IMG/VR virus record: IMGVR_UViG_3300044699_000125
Span: 1-56,752 of that record
Strand: one strand, 5' to 3'
Origin: a virus
Lineage: Duplodnaviria; Caudoviricetes
Length of the DNA stretch: 56,752 bases
The notes beneath the pieces were generated by a model. That model searched no databases and had not been told where the DNA came from. It saw nothing but the letters and a program-made list of their open reading frames with translations. The position numbers and the translations under genes were made by a program. This document shows positions 1-8,775 of the stretch, piece by piece. Every line of letters begins with the position of its first letter. Positions within the stretch are counted from its first letter, which is position 1.

Positions 1-12
1 AGGAGCCACACT

Positions 13-406
13 ATGAAGAACCAATTGTCACCGAGCATCGCTGTACTTGCTGCCATCGAAGCACTGCGTACCCGTCTGGATATGCTGGAGACGGAAGTGA
101 ATCGGGCCACTGCCGAGTATTGCCCCCTCGGCATCAGCAACGAGTTGCAACACTCTGTGGTCCCCGGCAAGGACGGTGTCCTCATCGTCGAAAACGTGGA
201 GTACCTACAGCGAGGCCACAGAGGACGACGATGGCACCAAGCGCACCGTCGGAGACTCCTGCATCGCTCTGGCCTACGGGCTGCTGTACGGCATCGCCGC
301 AGACACCCACGAGAGCCTCACCCACAAGCTGTACGACTTGGGTTACCTGCAAGACGACGTCGGCCCCACCGACGACGCCGAGTGGGAATTCGAGAACAAC
401 GTCTAG
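13..406 (+). CDS. Hypothetical early protein (one apparent frameshift near 205)
   Basis: AGGAG RBS and ATG at 13; continues in the frame of ORF 176..406 (acidic C-terminus), whose TAG is part of the next RBS. Confidence 0.6.
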
Positions 407-414
407 GAGCCGAC

Positions 415-555
415 ATGAACGAACAACAGGAAGCACAGCAGAAACGTGACGCATGGGTGTGGCGGGAGGCGCAGCGCAGCGCCAACGAGAACGCCATCGC
501 CATCGGCATCATCATCTTCACCTTGCTTAACTGTCTCTACTATTTCACTCGCTAG
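415..555 (+). CDS. Small membrane protein
   Basis: TAGGAGCC RBS, ATG 415, MNEQQEAQ...AIAIGIIIFTLLNCLYYFTR hydrophobic tail. Confidence 0.7.
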   Translation: MNEQQEAQQKRDAWVWREAQRSANENAIAIGIIIFTLLNCLYYFTR

Positions 556-563
556 GAGCCAAC

Positions 564-746
564 ATGCGCAAGAACGAGCATCCGAGTTGCGGCTGTGACC
601 AGTGCCGCCGTGGTATCCGCACCGATCACGGACACTTCGTGGTCAAGTACGTCAACCGCAAGCTGCGCCGTCTGTACCGAGAGGCGCTGCGCACCAAACC
701 TGACGAGGTGGTACAGATCATCGTCTCCACCCCGTACACGGACTAA
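564..746 (+). CDS. Small hypothetical protein with CxCxxC
   Basis: TAGGAGCC RBS; 60-aa ORF. Confidence 0.7.
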   Translation: MRKNEHPSCGCDQCRRGIRTDHGHFVVKYVNRKLRRLYREALRTKPDEVVQIIVSTPYTD

Positions 747-957
747 GCCATGGCCCACAGCGCAAGTACAACCGCACCATCGGCGGCTACGCTATCCACA
801 TAGAGGGCGTGGGCACCATCATCGTCAAGCGTGTCGCTGGGCATCACTGGGTAGCCCGAGCCAACCTGTCCGGGCTGGAGCGCAGACACGCCACCCGCGA
901 TAGCGCGGTGGATGCGCTGCTCCTGCATTATGCACACATCAGGAGTCACCACGCCCC

Positions 958-986
958 TTGACACACCTGTTGACACCATGTAGCAT
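958..986 (+). promoter_or_regulatory. Sigma-70 promoter
   Basis: TTGACA (958-963), 17 bp, TAGCAT (981-986), upstream of the RBS at 1001. Confidence 0.75.
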
Positions 987-1011
987 TCGCAACCTTTACT
1001 GGGAGCCACCT

Positions 1012-1473
1012 ATGAAGATGATAACGTGAACACCGGACGGAGACACTCTGTTCCGCATGGAAGCATACCTGCACCAAGATCGGGAATCAGCAGCCCTACT
1101 TCTCGATCACCGGCAGCGAGTACGAGAAGGGTCTGTGGGTGAGCGGCGGTTGTCTGCACGAAACCATCCTCACCATCTGGCCGGACCTCAAGCCCATCGT
1201 GACCTGCACCTCTCGAACATGGACGGCGTACCCATGCACGCTGCCGAGAACGGCTGGTACTGGGCCGGTGGCACCAAGTGGCAGCAAGCCGAGCCAGTCT
1301 TCCTCAAGAAGCACCTGCGCTGTGGCGAGGGCATGGTGCGAACCATGATCGGACTGGCAGCACGCGGCGACCGACTGACCTTCGACCGCATGGTCGAGAA
1401 CATGAAGCCTCTGTGGAAGGAGGAGGCCGAGCAGGTCATCACGCAATTCCAACTGACCATCAACGAAGACTAG
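1012..1473 (+). CDS. Hypothetical protein (frameshifted 5' half)
   Basis: GGGAGCC RBS and ATG at 1012; pieces GGCLHETILTIWPDLKPIV and LHLSNMDGVPMHAAENGWYW lie in adjacent frames. Confidence 0.6.
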
Positions 1474-1481
1474 GAGCCAAC

Positions 1482-1913
1482 ATGGAACATGCGGAAAAGG
1501 CCAAGCGCATCGGGCCGAGGACGTACCTCTACAGAGGCGTGAAGTTTGAGCGTGACATGGGCACCGCCCATGGCTACTGGGGTGCGTGGCGCACCACCGG
1601 CTACATCGGCAACGGCGAACTGCGAGCCGGGTCCATGAGCCGGATCATGCACGACATCGACCGCCACCTCGTCGTCCATGCCGAACAGATCGCCGCAGCC
1701 AACGAGCAAGCCGCCAGCTACGAGCGCCAGCGCCAAGCACACAGAGACGCCATCGACAGTGTGATAGGCAGGATGGTGCACGGGGTGTGGGTGGCCGGAA
1801 AGCTGGTGGCGGTGCTGCCCGACGCCGGGGCGGCGTGCCTCAAGGCATCACAGACCCCGAGCGGCGTGTATGGGGAAATCATGTGGGAAGCGATCAAGAG
1901 GGAGACGCTATGA
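1482..1913 (+). CDS. Hypothetical protein
   Basis: TAGGAGCC RBS; MEHAEKAKRIG... portion of ORF 1278..1913. Confidence 0.7.
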   Translation: MEHAEKAKRIGPRTYLYRGVKFERDMGTAHGYWGAWRTTGYIGNGELRAGSMSRIMHDIDRHLVVHAEQIAAANEQAASYERQRQAHRDAIDSVIGRMVHGVWVAGKLVAVLPDAGAACLKASQTPSGVYGEIMWEAIKRETL

Positions 1914-2300
1914 GCAACCTGTTCAACATGAAGAAGCCGTGCGGCAACTGCCCCTTCCTCAAGGAGGGGGCGATTGAGTTGGCGGCGGGGCGCATGGAGG
2001 GCATCGTGCGCAAACCTCGAAGAGAGCGACAAACAACCTCTTCTACTGCCACAAGACGGTCCACGGTCCCAACGGTGGCGAGTGGGACGAGGACGAGCGC
2101 GGCAGTCCCGTGTACGTCCCGAGCGGCAAGGAATCGGCGTGCTGCGGGGCGCTGGTGTATTCGCTGAAGACGGGTAACACCCCGGTGATGCTGCGCATTG
2201 CGCTGATGAGCGGGGCGCTGGAGTACGAGCCGCTGATGAGCAAGCGGAACAGATCATCGACGTCATCCCCATTTCACAGAGATCGGAGGAAACACAATGA
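1910..2300 (+). CDS. Cys-rich protein, DUF6283-like (frameshifted)
   Basis: PCGNCPF...FYCHKT...CCGA motifs spread over shifted frames; ATGA overlap with the previous stop. Confidence 0.55.
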
Positions 2301-2509
2301 GCAATGACCCGCAAAAGGATTTGGTCATCCTGCGTACCTCACTGGCTCGCGTTGCACAGAGCGCGAAGGTGAGCCTGTCCTGCGTCAAGCTGCCCGACGA
2401 CGCGGCCTACAGCCAGATCGTCAACGCAGCATGGAACGAGCAGCGCGGCTGGAACCGGTTGGCCGCAGCGGTCATCGACCGCATCGAAGAGTTGTCCGTA
2501 CGTTATTAA
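2297..2509 (+). CDS. Hypothetical protein
   Basis: GGAGG RBS, 70 aa. Confidence 0.65.
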   Translation: MSNDPQKDLVILRTSLARVAQSAKVSLSCVKLPDDAAYSQIVNAAWNEQRGWNRLAAAVIDRIEELSVRY

Positions 2510-2526
2510 TTCACAGGGAGCCACCC

Positions 2527-2955
2527 ATGAAAATCATCATCGCAATTCTGCTGTTCGTAACACCTCTGTTGGCGCACGCCGAGAAGCTGGTCAGCATCTT
2601 CTCATCCGCCGACGGCAACACTCGCTCATGCTGACGTCGAGTCGTTCTCCTACGAGAAGGATAACGGCGGGTTCTACATGGCCCGTATGTACGCCTACCA
2701 CAAGGGCGAGCGCACCAACCACTTCGTATCGGTCACCCCAACCGAGTGCGGCAAGGGAGCCGGAACGCTCATCATCACCACCGACAACAAGAAGGGGGCA
2801 GCGTCTACGCATGGTCGCTGTACGACGCGAAGGACGCCAAGAGCGGGCAGGGTTCCGATCATGTCGGCGTGGGTCTGTGCATGTTGGGGGGCGAGATCAC
2901 CCCCGAGCTTGAGATCAGGCCCGCCAGCAACAGCAAGCCGAAGCTGTCTCTGTAA
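2527..2955 (+). CDS. Signal-peptide protein (frameshifted)
   Basis: GGGAGCCACCC RBS; MKIIIAILLFVTPLLAHA signal peptide; continues through ORFs 2678.. and 2746..2955. Confidence 0.6.
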
Positions 2956-3005
2956 CCACAACCGCCGGGGCAGCAATGTCCCCGGCTACTCACCAAGGAG
3001 AATTG

Positions 3006-3173
3006 ATGTTCGACAATTTGGAAAAGATCGCCGTCGCCATGGGCTTCCCCGGCATCACGCTGGAGTTTCTGGTCAAGGTCAGCGCGTGCGTCGGCTCCTT
3101 CCCCCGCATCGCGGAGTTGAAGGACCTGCCCATCGACGTCGGGATCGCCGCCAAGCGCGAGTACATCGCCTAA
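3006..3173 (+). CDS. Small hypothetical protein
   Basis: AAGGAG RBS, ATG 3006. Confidence 0.6.
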   Translation: MFDNLEKIAVAMGFPGITLEFLVKVSACVGSFPRIAELKDLPIDVGIAAKREYIA

Positions 3174-3336
3174 TGGCGCAGGGGGCGGTCATGTTCGCCC
3201 CGGCGAAGACGCGGGAAAGGGCCGCTCAGATCGCACAGGAGGCCCGCCAAGCCGCGCTACGGGGCTAGGGGAGGGTATCCCCACCGTCCGCGTTCCCGTT
3301 CGTCGTAGTCCGGGGCGCGGGCGGCAGGGACCCCAC

Positions 3337-3379
3337 AAAAGGTGAGGCCCGATCAACCCACGGGGGGTAACCGGGCCTC
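3337..3379 (-). terminator. Intrinsic terminator-like hairpin
   Basis: GAGGCCCG...CGGGCCTC inverted repeat followed by ACCTTTT on the minus strand (short U-tract). Confidence 0.55.
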
Positions 3380-3412
3380 GTACTGCACCTCTAGGAGCCA
3401 CCCAGAGAGTGC
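3337..3412 (-). ncRNA. Candidate trans-acting antisense sRNA (anti-RBS)
   Basis: Own promoter (3417-3445), hairpin 3385-3412 with UGGCU loop, second hairpin 3344-3379 followed by UUUU; contains UGGGUGGCUCCUAG, complementary to the repeated RBS motif. Confidence 0.65.
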
Positions 3413-3416
3413 GGCA

Positions 3417-3445
3417 ATAGTAGCCAAGGATTGCAGGTCATGCAA
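3417..3445 (-). promoter_or_regulatory. Sigma-70 promoter for the candidate sRNA
   Basis: Minus strand TTGCAT (3445-3440), 17 bp, TACTAT (3422-3417); predicted +1 at 3410-3412. Confidence 0.65.
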
Positions 3446-3513
3446 GCAACGCCCGCAGGGCACCCGAGACGTTCATCGGGCTTCGCTCTGTGCTGGCTGT
3501 TTCCCCTTTGTAA

Positions 3514-3858
3514 TCACGGAGTCACCCCGAGCGTTATGTCCCCGGTCGCCCACAGTTGGGCGAACGTCACGCACACGAACTCGAACTGGGAGCCGTACTT
3601 CTCCTCCCACTCCGGCACGCTGGCGTGCAACTCGTCGTGGTGCGCCCTGCACAGAGGGATCGTCCAGATGTCCGGCGACTTGGTCCCGGCCCCTTTGTAG
3701 CCAGCCCCATGCGGATGGTGCGGGTCCGACGGCGCTGGCGCGTCACAGACGCAGCACGGCAACGCCCGCACCGCCGCCATGTACTTCTCCGAGCGCACAG
3801 AGGCATAGCCAAGCTTGAGCGCCTCGCGGAACGACAGCCCCGGCGGGATCGGCTTCAT
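3514..3858 (-). CDS. DUF968-like HNH/zinc-binding nuclease
   Basis: VRALPCCVC...DPHH...GTKSPD...IPLCRAHHDELH. Confidence 0.8.
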   Translation of the reverse strand: MKPIPPGLSFREALKLGYASVRSEKYMAAVRALPCCVCDAPAPSDPHHPHGAGYKGAGTKSPDIWTIPLCRAHHDELHASVPEWEEKYGSQFEFVCVTFAQLWATGDITLGVTP

Positions 3859-4109
3859 CGCGTCTCGGCCTCCCTCTGTATCAGCAGGTCCGCCATTTCC
3901 AGCGCCATGCTCATATGCTCCGGCGACAACTCGTCACCGGACGCCACCATCGCCGCCAGTTGCTCGCTGGCTATGCGCAGCCGCAGCGACGGGTACTCGG
4001 CCAGCACCCGATCCATCAGCCGCGCCACGCTCTCCTCGGTCACGCTCGTGATAGGCGGCGACTCCGGCCCTTGCTCGTCGATCTTCACCACCTTCGCCCC
4101 CCTCTTCAT
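3855..4109 (-). CDS. Hypothetical protein
   Basis: MKRGAKVV... coupled by ATGA overlaps at both ends. Confidence 0.6.
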   Translation of the reverse strand: MKRGAKVVKIDEQGPESPPITSVTEESVARLMDRVLAEYPSLRLRIASEQLAAMVASGDELSPEHMSMALEMADLLIQREAETR

Positions 4110-4747
4110 TTCACCATCCCCCGATCCAGCATGTCCCGCAGCATCGCCATCGCCTCCAACTCCTCCTTCGTGTGCCGCGACGTAACGCCGTCCCCTTGCC
4201 ACCAGTCCAAACAGGATTGGAGGAAGGGGGTGAAGAATTGGCCGCTGGTCGCCAGCAGCCTCTGTAGCGAGGCGGGCACCGCCCGGAACGCGCTCTTCTG
4301 GTCGTCCGGCTTGGTCAGCGCACAGACCTCGACGTCGGTGGAGCCGAAGGCTCTGCACGACACCGGTCGCACCGGGTACACAGAGCAGGTGTCGTTGTCG
4401 GCAAGGAACGGGCAGCGCAGGTTCAGCGCCCGGTACTGGTCGGCGTTCATGCCGAGCGTGAGGGCTACGGCTAACCGCAGCTTTTCAAGGATGCGGGCGC
4501 GCTCCTCGCGGGTGAAGTGGTCGCCGAAGCGGACGTAGTCCACGACGTCCACCACCTCGTGCGGCAGCGCATCCACCTGCAACTTGCAGCAGTGGGCGCA
4601 ACCGGCGCGGCACGCCAGCCCTTCCACAGAGTGCACCTGCGCGTCGATCTGGGCGTGGATCGGCGGCATGATGTCCTTCCACCCATGCCGCGAGTCCAGC
4701 AACTCGCCGCGCGTGTAGAAGCGAATCATCTGCTTGCTCTCGTTCAT
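4106..4747 (-). CDS. YkgJ-family cysteine-cluster protein (CxxGCxxCC)
   Basis: CRAGCAHCC...CPFL...CSVYPVRPVSCR. Confidence 0.85.
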   Translation of the reverse strand: MNESKQMIRFYTRGELLDSRHGWKDIMPPIHAQIDAQVHSVEGLACRAGCAHCCKLQVDALPHEVVDVVDYVRFGDHFTREERARILEKLRLAVALTLGMNADQYRALNLRCPFLADNDTCSVYPVRPVSCRAFGSTDVEVCALTKPDDQKSAFRAVPASLQRLLATSGQFFTPFLQSCLDWWQGDGVTSRHTKEELEAMAMLRDMLDRGMVK

Positions 4748-4944
4748 TGCGCGAACTTGTCGATCCGCATCGACAGCACAGAGGAGTACGCCTCCATGAT
4801 GCGCTCCTGCTGCCGCATCAGGTGCTGCTCCTCCAGCGGCAGCGTCGGGAACAACCCCCCTTGCAGGATGAACTCCTTCAGCTTCTGTAGTTTCTCGTCC
4901 AGCGCCGCCTTCTCCTCGACTACTCGTTCCTGATATGGCTCCAA
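4744..4944 (-). CDS. crAss001_48 / T4 Y16Q-like small helical protein
   Basis: YQERVVEEKAALDEKLQKLKEFI...F..L..EEQ.L...Q...M.AYS.VL..RI..F pattern. Confidence 0.75.
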   Translation of the reverse strand: MEPYQERVVEEKAALDEKLQKLKEFILQGGLFPTLPLEEQHLMRQQERIMEAYSSVLSMRIDKFAQ

Positions 4945-4947
4945 GCG

Positions 4948-5154
4948 TCACCCTCCGTCGTTGACAGCACGAACTTCGTACGCGCGCATGTAGTCGGCAT
5001 GGCACATATCGCACATCACCACCCCATCGACAACCTGTCCGTTGCCGATGGCCCCGCCTCGCGTTTCCCCGCACACCTCACAGAGGATTGCCTTGCGCAT
5101 GATGGCGATCACGAGGGCCTCGTCCATCGTGATTTCCTGCATCGTCGTCTTCAT
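4948..5154 (-). CDS. Small zinc-ribbon protein
   Basis: CEVC...CDMC. Confidence 0.65.
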   Translation of the reverse strand: MKTTMQEITMDEALVIAIMRKAILCEVCGETRGGAIGNGQVVDGVVMCDMCHADYMRAYEVRAVNDGG

Positions 5155-5163
5155 GTGTATCCC

Positions 5164-5523
5164 CTAAATCACAGCCCTCCGCGTATTCGCCGACTTGGTC
5201 TGCCAGCACGCGATCACTGTGTCTGCCAATTGCCATGTGTAGCGCAGCCTCTGTTCTTCCTGCGAGGCTGTCTTGAACGCTTCCAGAGCCAGCTTGTAGT
5301 CGTCGCTCGCTCTCGCGTCTCTCTCCTGCACATGCGCCGGTTCCTCCCGCCGCTTCGCCTTCTCTGTTGCCTCTACCACCTTGAGCCACTGCTCCATGTG
5401 CTGACGGTTGGCGATGGCTTGCGCCAGCGAGTTCACGTTGCCGCCCATCCACGCAATGGCGCGATCCACCGCCGCCTCGTCAACCGTCATTCCTGCCGAG
5501 ACACCCTCGAACGGTGCACTCAT
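5164..5523 (-). CDS. Coiled-coil phage protein (copy 1)
   Basis: MSAPFEG...QERDARASDDY...WQTKSANTR. Confidence 0.7.
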   Translation of the reverse strand: MSAPFEGVSAGMTVDEAAVDRAIAWMGGNVNSLAQAIANRQHMEQWLKVVEATEKAKRREEPAHVQERDARASDDYKLALEAFKTASQEEQRLRYTWQLADTVIACWQTKSANTRRAVI

Positions 5524-5723
5524 CGACCGATCCGCAGTACCGGGATACTGATACCGCCGAACAACAGACCGAGCAGCACCACCCCATCGACAACCTGTCC
5601 GTTGCCGATGGCCCCGCCTCGCGTTTCCCCGCACACCTCACAGAGGATTGCCTTGCGCATGATGGCGATCACGAGGGCCTCGTCCATCGTGATTTCCTGC
5701 ATCGTCGTCTTCATGTGTATCCC

Positions 5724-6083
5724 CTAAATCACAGCCCTCCGCGTATTCGCCGACTTGGTCTGCCAGCACGCGATCACTGTGTCTGCCAATTGCCATGTGT
5801 AGCGCAGCCTCTGTTCTTCCTGCGAGGCTGTCTTGAACGCTTCCAGAGCCAGCTTGTAGTCGTCGCTCGCTCTCGCGTCTCTCTCCTGCACATGCGCCGG
5901 TTCCTCCCGCCGCTTCGCCTTCTCTGTTGCCTCTACCACCTTGAGCCACTGCTCCATGTGCTGACGGTTGGCGATGGCTTGCGCCAGCGAGTTCACGTTG
6001 CCGCCCATCCACGCAATGGCGCGATCCACCGCCGCCTCGTCAACCGTCATTCCTGCCGAGACACCCTCGAACGGTGCACTCAT
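5724..6083 (-). CDS. Coiled-coil phage protein (copy 2)
   Basis: Same sequence as 5164-5523. Confidence 0.7.
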   Translation of the reverse strand: MSAPFEGVSAGMTVDEAAVDRAIAWMGGNVNSLAQAIANRQHMEQWLKVVEATEKAKRREEPAHVQERDARASDDYKLALEAFKTASQEEQRLRYTWQLADTVIACWQTKSANTRRAVI

Positions 6084-6283
6084 CGACCGATCCGCAGTAC
6101 CGGGATACTGATACCGCCGAACAACAGACCGAGCAGCACCACCACCACGATCAGGCCGAGGATCACCTGCGCGATGACGGCGAACGGTGCGGGCAACGGA
6201 ATCCTGCCCAGCAGCCAGTACAGAACATAGAACACCAGCCCGAGGATGATGACGGTGACCAGCAGACCGATCAGACCTTCCAT
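6080..6283 (-). CDS. Two-TM small membrane protein (Thivi_2564-like)
   Basis: GAGGA RBS; LLVTVIILGLVFYVLYWLL..IPLPAPF..IAQVILGLIVVVVLL. Confidence 0.75.
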   Translation of the reverse strand: MEGLIGLLVTVIILGLVFYVLYWLLGRIPLPAPFAVIAQVILGLIVVVVLLGLLFGGISIPVLRIGR

Positions 6284-6294
6284 GACGTCCTCCT

Positions 6295-6618
6295 TTACAG
6301 AACCACTTCCCGGCACGCCCACCCGGACTTGAGCTTGCGCCAGCCGTGAACGTGAACCACGATCCCACTCTCGACCACCCGAGGGTAGGTTTCCAGCCCG
6401 ACGATCTTGGTGACCCTCTGTGCCAGATTGCCGCCGGAGGTGGTCTGTACCAGCACCACCTCACCCTTGCGGATGGCGAGCAAGTCCCCGAATCCGAACA
6501 GGTCCTGCCGGATGCCGTGGAGTCCTACATGGGGGTTGAACTTCTCTACGACGGCGGTCAGGTAGCCGCGCTCTCGGAGCAGGGCGAGGCTGCGCTGTGT
6601 AGGTGACGTCTTAGCCAA
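6295..6618 (-). CDS. PD-(D/E)XK nuclease, Holliday-junction-resolvase-like
   Basis: LRERGY...DLFGFGDLLAI....VLVQTT...HGWRK. Confidence 0.7.
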   Translation of the reverse strand: MAKTSPTQRSLALLRERGYLTAVVEKFNPHVGLHGIRQDLFGFGDLLAIRKGEVVLVQTTSGGNLAQRVTKIVGLETYPRVVESGIVVHVHGWRKLKSGWACREVVL

Positions 6619-6766
6619 GGGTGGCTATCCCTGTGTAATCCGGGAGCCACAGTGCATTAGCTCTTCCGGCATGTCAACATGATTTCGTACACTTGGTAGG
6701 CCCCCAGCACACCTGTTGCGTAGCCGATAGCGAACTGCCTCTGTGCCTCCTCGGTGGGGTCCTGCT

Positions 6767-6976
6767 TCATCCCCTCTGTGAAGGCCGCTTTGAGGAGGCG
6801 GTGCGCCGCGTCGGCGCGGGTGCGCTCAACGGGACGCCCTCCGGTCCCTTCCTGCCCATCTCCACCCCTGCTTCCTTGATCCATTTGACCTTCACCCCCG
6901 GTCCGAAGACCGCTCTGTATTCATCGACGATTGCCGCTGTCTGTGGGAACCGCTCCCGTAGCTCATCCTTGGTCAT
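6767..6976 (-). CDS. Hypothetical protein
   Basis: MTKDELRERFPQTAAIVDEYRAVFG; overlaps the helicase stop. Confidence 0.6.
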   Translation of the reverse strand: MTKDELRERFPQTAAIVDEYRAVFGPGVKVKWIKEAGVEMGRKGPEGVPLSAPAPTRRTASSKRPSQRG

Positions 6977-8448
6977 GCGTACTTCCTCTGTTTCTCTCTC
7001 GCCTTGATGCGGCGAATGCGCGCCGCGAGGACGTCGTTCTTGACCTCCGACGTCGGTGCGGTAGCGAACCAATGCAGGTCCTTCTCCGGGAAGCGACCGA
7101 ACTTCTGCTTGTAGGCCCAGCCTGCCCATCCCGGCTTGTACTGTTTGGCGAGGCAGATCGAGATCAGCCCCGAGTAGTAAAGCTGTCGCCCTGCGTGCGA
7201 GCGCACCTCGCGCTTCAACTCGTGGAGGGTTCCCTCCTGCTGTTCGAGCGAGAACGGGGGCGGCGTCACCGTGTACCCGCACACGCACACCGTAGGCTTG
7301 TAACGGGTGACCGCCTTACACTTCGGACACAGGTACATGCGCAACTTGGGATCGGTCTTCTTCTTCGGCTCCCCCATGTCCAGCTTGAGCGGCATCGGGT
7401 CGGTGAGGAAACCGAGACGCTCGACCGTGTCGCTGTGGTCGAGGATCAGCGCGTGGCTCTTGCCGGGAGCGGGACGCAGTGCGCGTCCGGCCATCTGCAC
7501 ATAGCGAGTGAGCGACTGGGTGGGTCGCGCCAGCACGATGCAGTCGAGCGCCGGGAGGTTGAAGCCCTCGGCCAGCACTGCACAGTTGGTCACCACCTTG
7601 GTCTGTCCGCTGCGCAAGCGGTCGAGGATGTCGATGCGATCCTGCGGCTTGGTGTTGCAGTCGATATGCTCTGTTGGGATGCGGCGGAAGTTGAACTGCT
7701 CACAGATGTGCTTGCTGTGCGCAATGGAGGTGGCGAACACGATGGTGCGACCCCCGTTGGCACGCTTCATCCACTCGTCGCACAGATTCGCCACGAGCGG
7801 GACTCTGTTGACCGCTGACTCCAACTCTAGCTCGTTCCAGTCGCCAGCGAGAGTGTGGACCTTGGACAAATCGGGTCTATCAGGGGCGAAGTAGCGGGCC
7901 GGTACCAGCCATCCCCCATCGGTGAGCGAGGTCACCGTCTCGGTGTGCACGAGGGTGTCGAACACCTTGCCAAGCCCACGGCTGAATGGCGTGGCAGTGA
8001 GTCCGTACACCTGCACCGGGTTGTCGGTGAGGAACTTGCGGTACATGGGCGCGATGGCCCCGTGCGCCTCGTCGATGATGATGACGTCGAGTCCGGGGTT
8101 GAACTTGCGCCGGTTGATGGTCTGGATGCTGGCGATCTGCGTCGGCTCGTACGGATCGGTGCGCTCGTGCTTGGCTTGCAGCACGCCGTGACTGAGGCCG
8201 TGTTCGAGGAAGCGGTCGGAGGTCTGTTGGATCAGGTCGATGCGATTCACGCACCACGTCACGCGCTGCCCTCGCTTGAGTAGCTGCTGCACGAGGTACA
8301 TGCCCTGCTCCGTCTTGCCGCTGCCGGTCGGTCCATAAATACAGACGCGCCGGTGTGTGCGTGATGCTTCGTACGCTGCTCGCATCAGCGTCCACTGGTA
8401 CGGACGCAACACGATCTTGCGAATGGCGGGTGACTCTCCATCTGGCAT
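6973..8448 (-). CDS. SF2 DEAH-box helicase with C-terminal zinc finger (RadD-like)
   Basis: LRPYQ, GPTGSGKT, DEAH, GLTATP, EGFN, QMAGRALR, CPKC; AGGAGCCACC RBS at 8449-8458. Confidence 0.95.
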   Translation of the reverse strand: MPDGESPAIRKIVLRPYQWTLMRAAYEASRTHRRVCIYGPTGSGKTEQGMYLVQQLLKRGQRVTWCVNRIDLIQQTSDRFLEHGLSHGVLQAKHERTDPYEPTQIASIQTINRRKFNPGLDVIIIDEAHGAIAPMYRKFLTDNPVQVYGLTATPFSRGLGKVFDTLVHTETVTSLTDGGWLVPARYFAPDRPDLSKVHTLAGDWNELELESAVNRVPLVANLCDEWMKRANGGRTIVFATSIAHSKHICEQFNFRRIPTEHIDCNTKPQDRIDILDRLRSGQTKVVTNCAVLAEGFNLPALDCIVLARPTQSLTRYVQMAGRALRPAPGKSHALILDHSDTVERLGFLTDPMPLKLDMGEPKKKTDPKLRMYLCPKCKAVTRYKPTVCVCGYTVTPPPFSLEQQEGTLHELKREVRSHAGRQLYYSGLISICLAKQYKPGWAGWAYKQKFGRFPEKDLHWFATAPTSEVKNDVLAARIRRIKAREKQRKYA

Positions 8449-8493
8449 GGTGGCTCCTGTCGTCTCCACGGTTCCGCGTGGTCGGGTGGTGAT

Positions 8494-8775
8494 TCAGTTG
8501 GGTGCTGCGGCCAGTCTCTCACGCCTGCGTTGCTTCCTCTGTCGCTTCTTCTCCTGCTGTCGTTTCTTAGCCAGCCTCTGTTGCTTCCTCTTCTCCTGCT
8601 GCGCATCCAAAGCTGGACCCCATTGCTGCGCCGTAATACCGGGCACCCATCGCTTGAACAGCATCAGGTCCACGCCGTCTGGGCAGTACCACTGCTTCCT
8701 GCTCATGTCGAAGCGTGCGCCTTTCTCCTTCGCCCTGTCGTTCTCGGCGAACGGTACCTCCAGATATGTCTTCAC
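8494..8775 (-). CDS. DUF5710-domain protein
   Basis: YLEVPFAENDRAKEKGARFD..RKQWY; GTG start inferred. Confidence 0.8.
   Translation of the reverse strand: MKTYLEVPFAENDRAKEKGARFDMSRKQWYCPDGVDLMLFKRWVPGITAQQWGPALDAQQEKRKQQRLAKKRQQEKKRQRKQRRRERLAAAPN

Larger units (their letters stand above)
5017..6143. repeat. Exact 560-bp tandem duplication
   Basis: 5017-5583 matches 5577-6143; junction at a CACCACC microhomology. Confidence 0.95.

Noticed and set aside
4744-4944. Acb2 anti-CBASS assignment
   Set aside because: Lacks the GYR.L N-terminus and RA[IV]AQP C-terminus typical of Acb2
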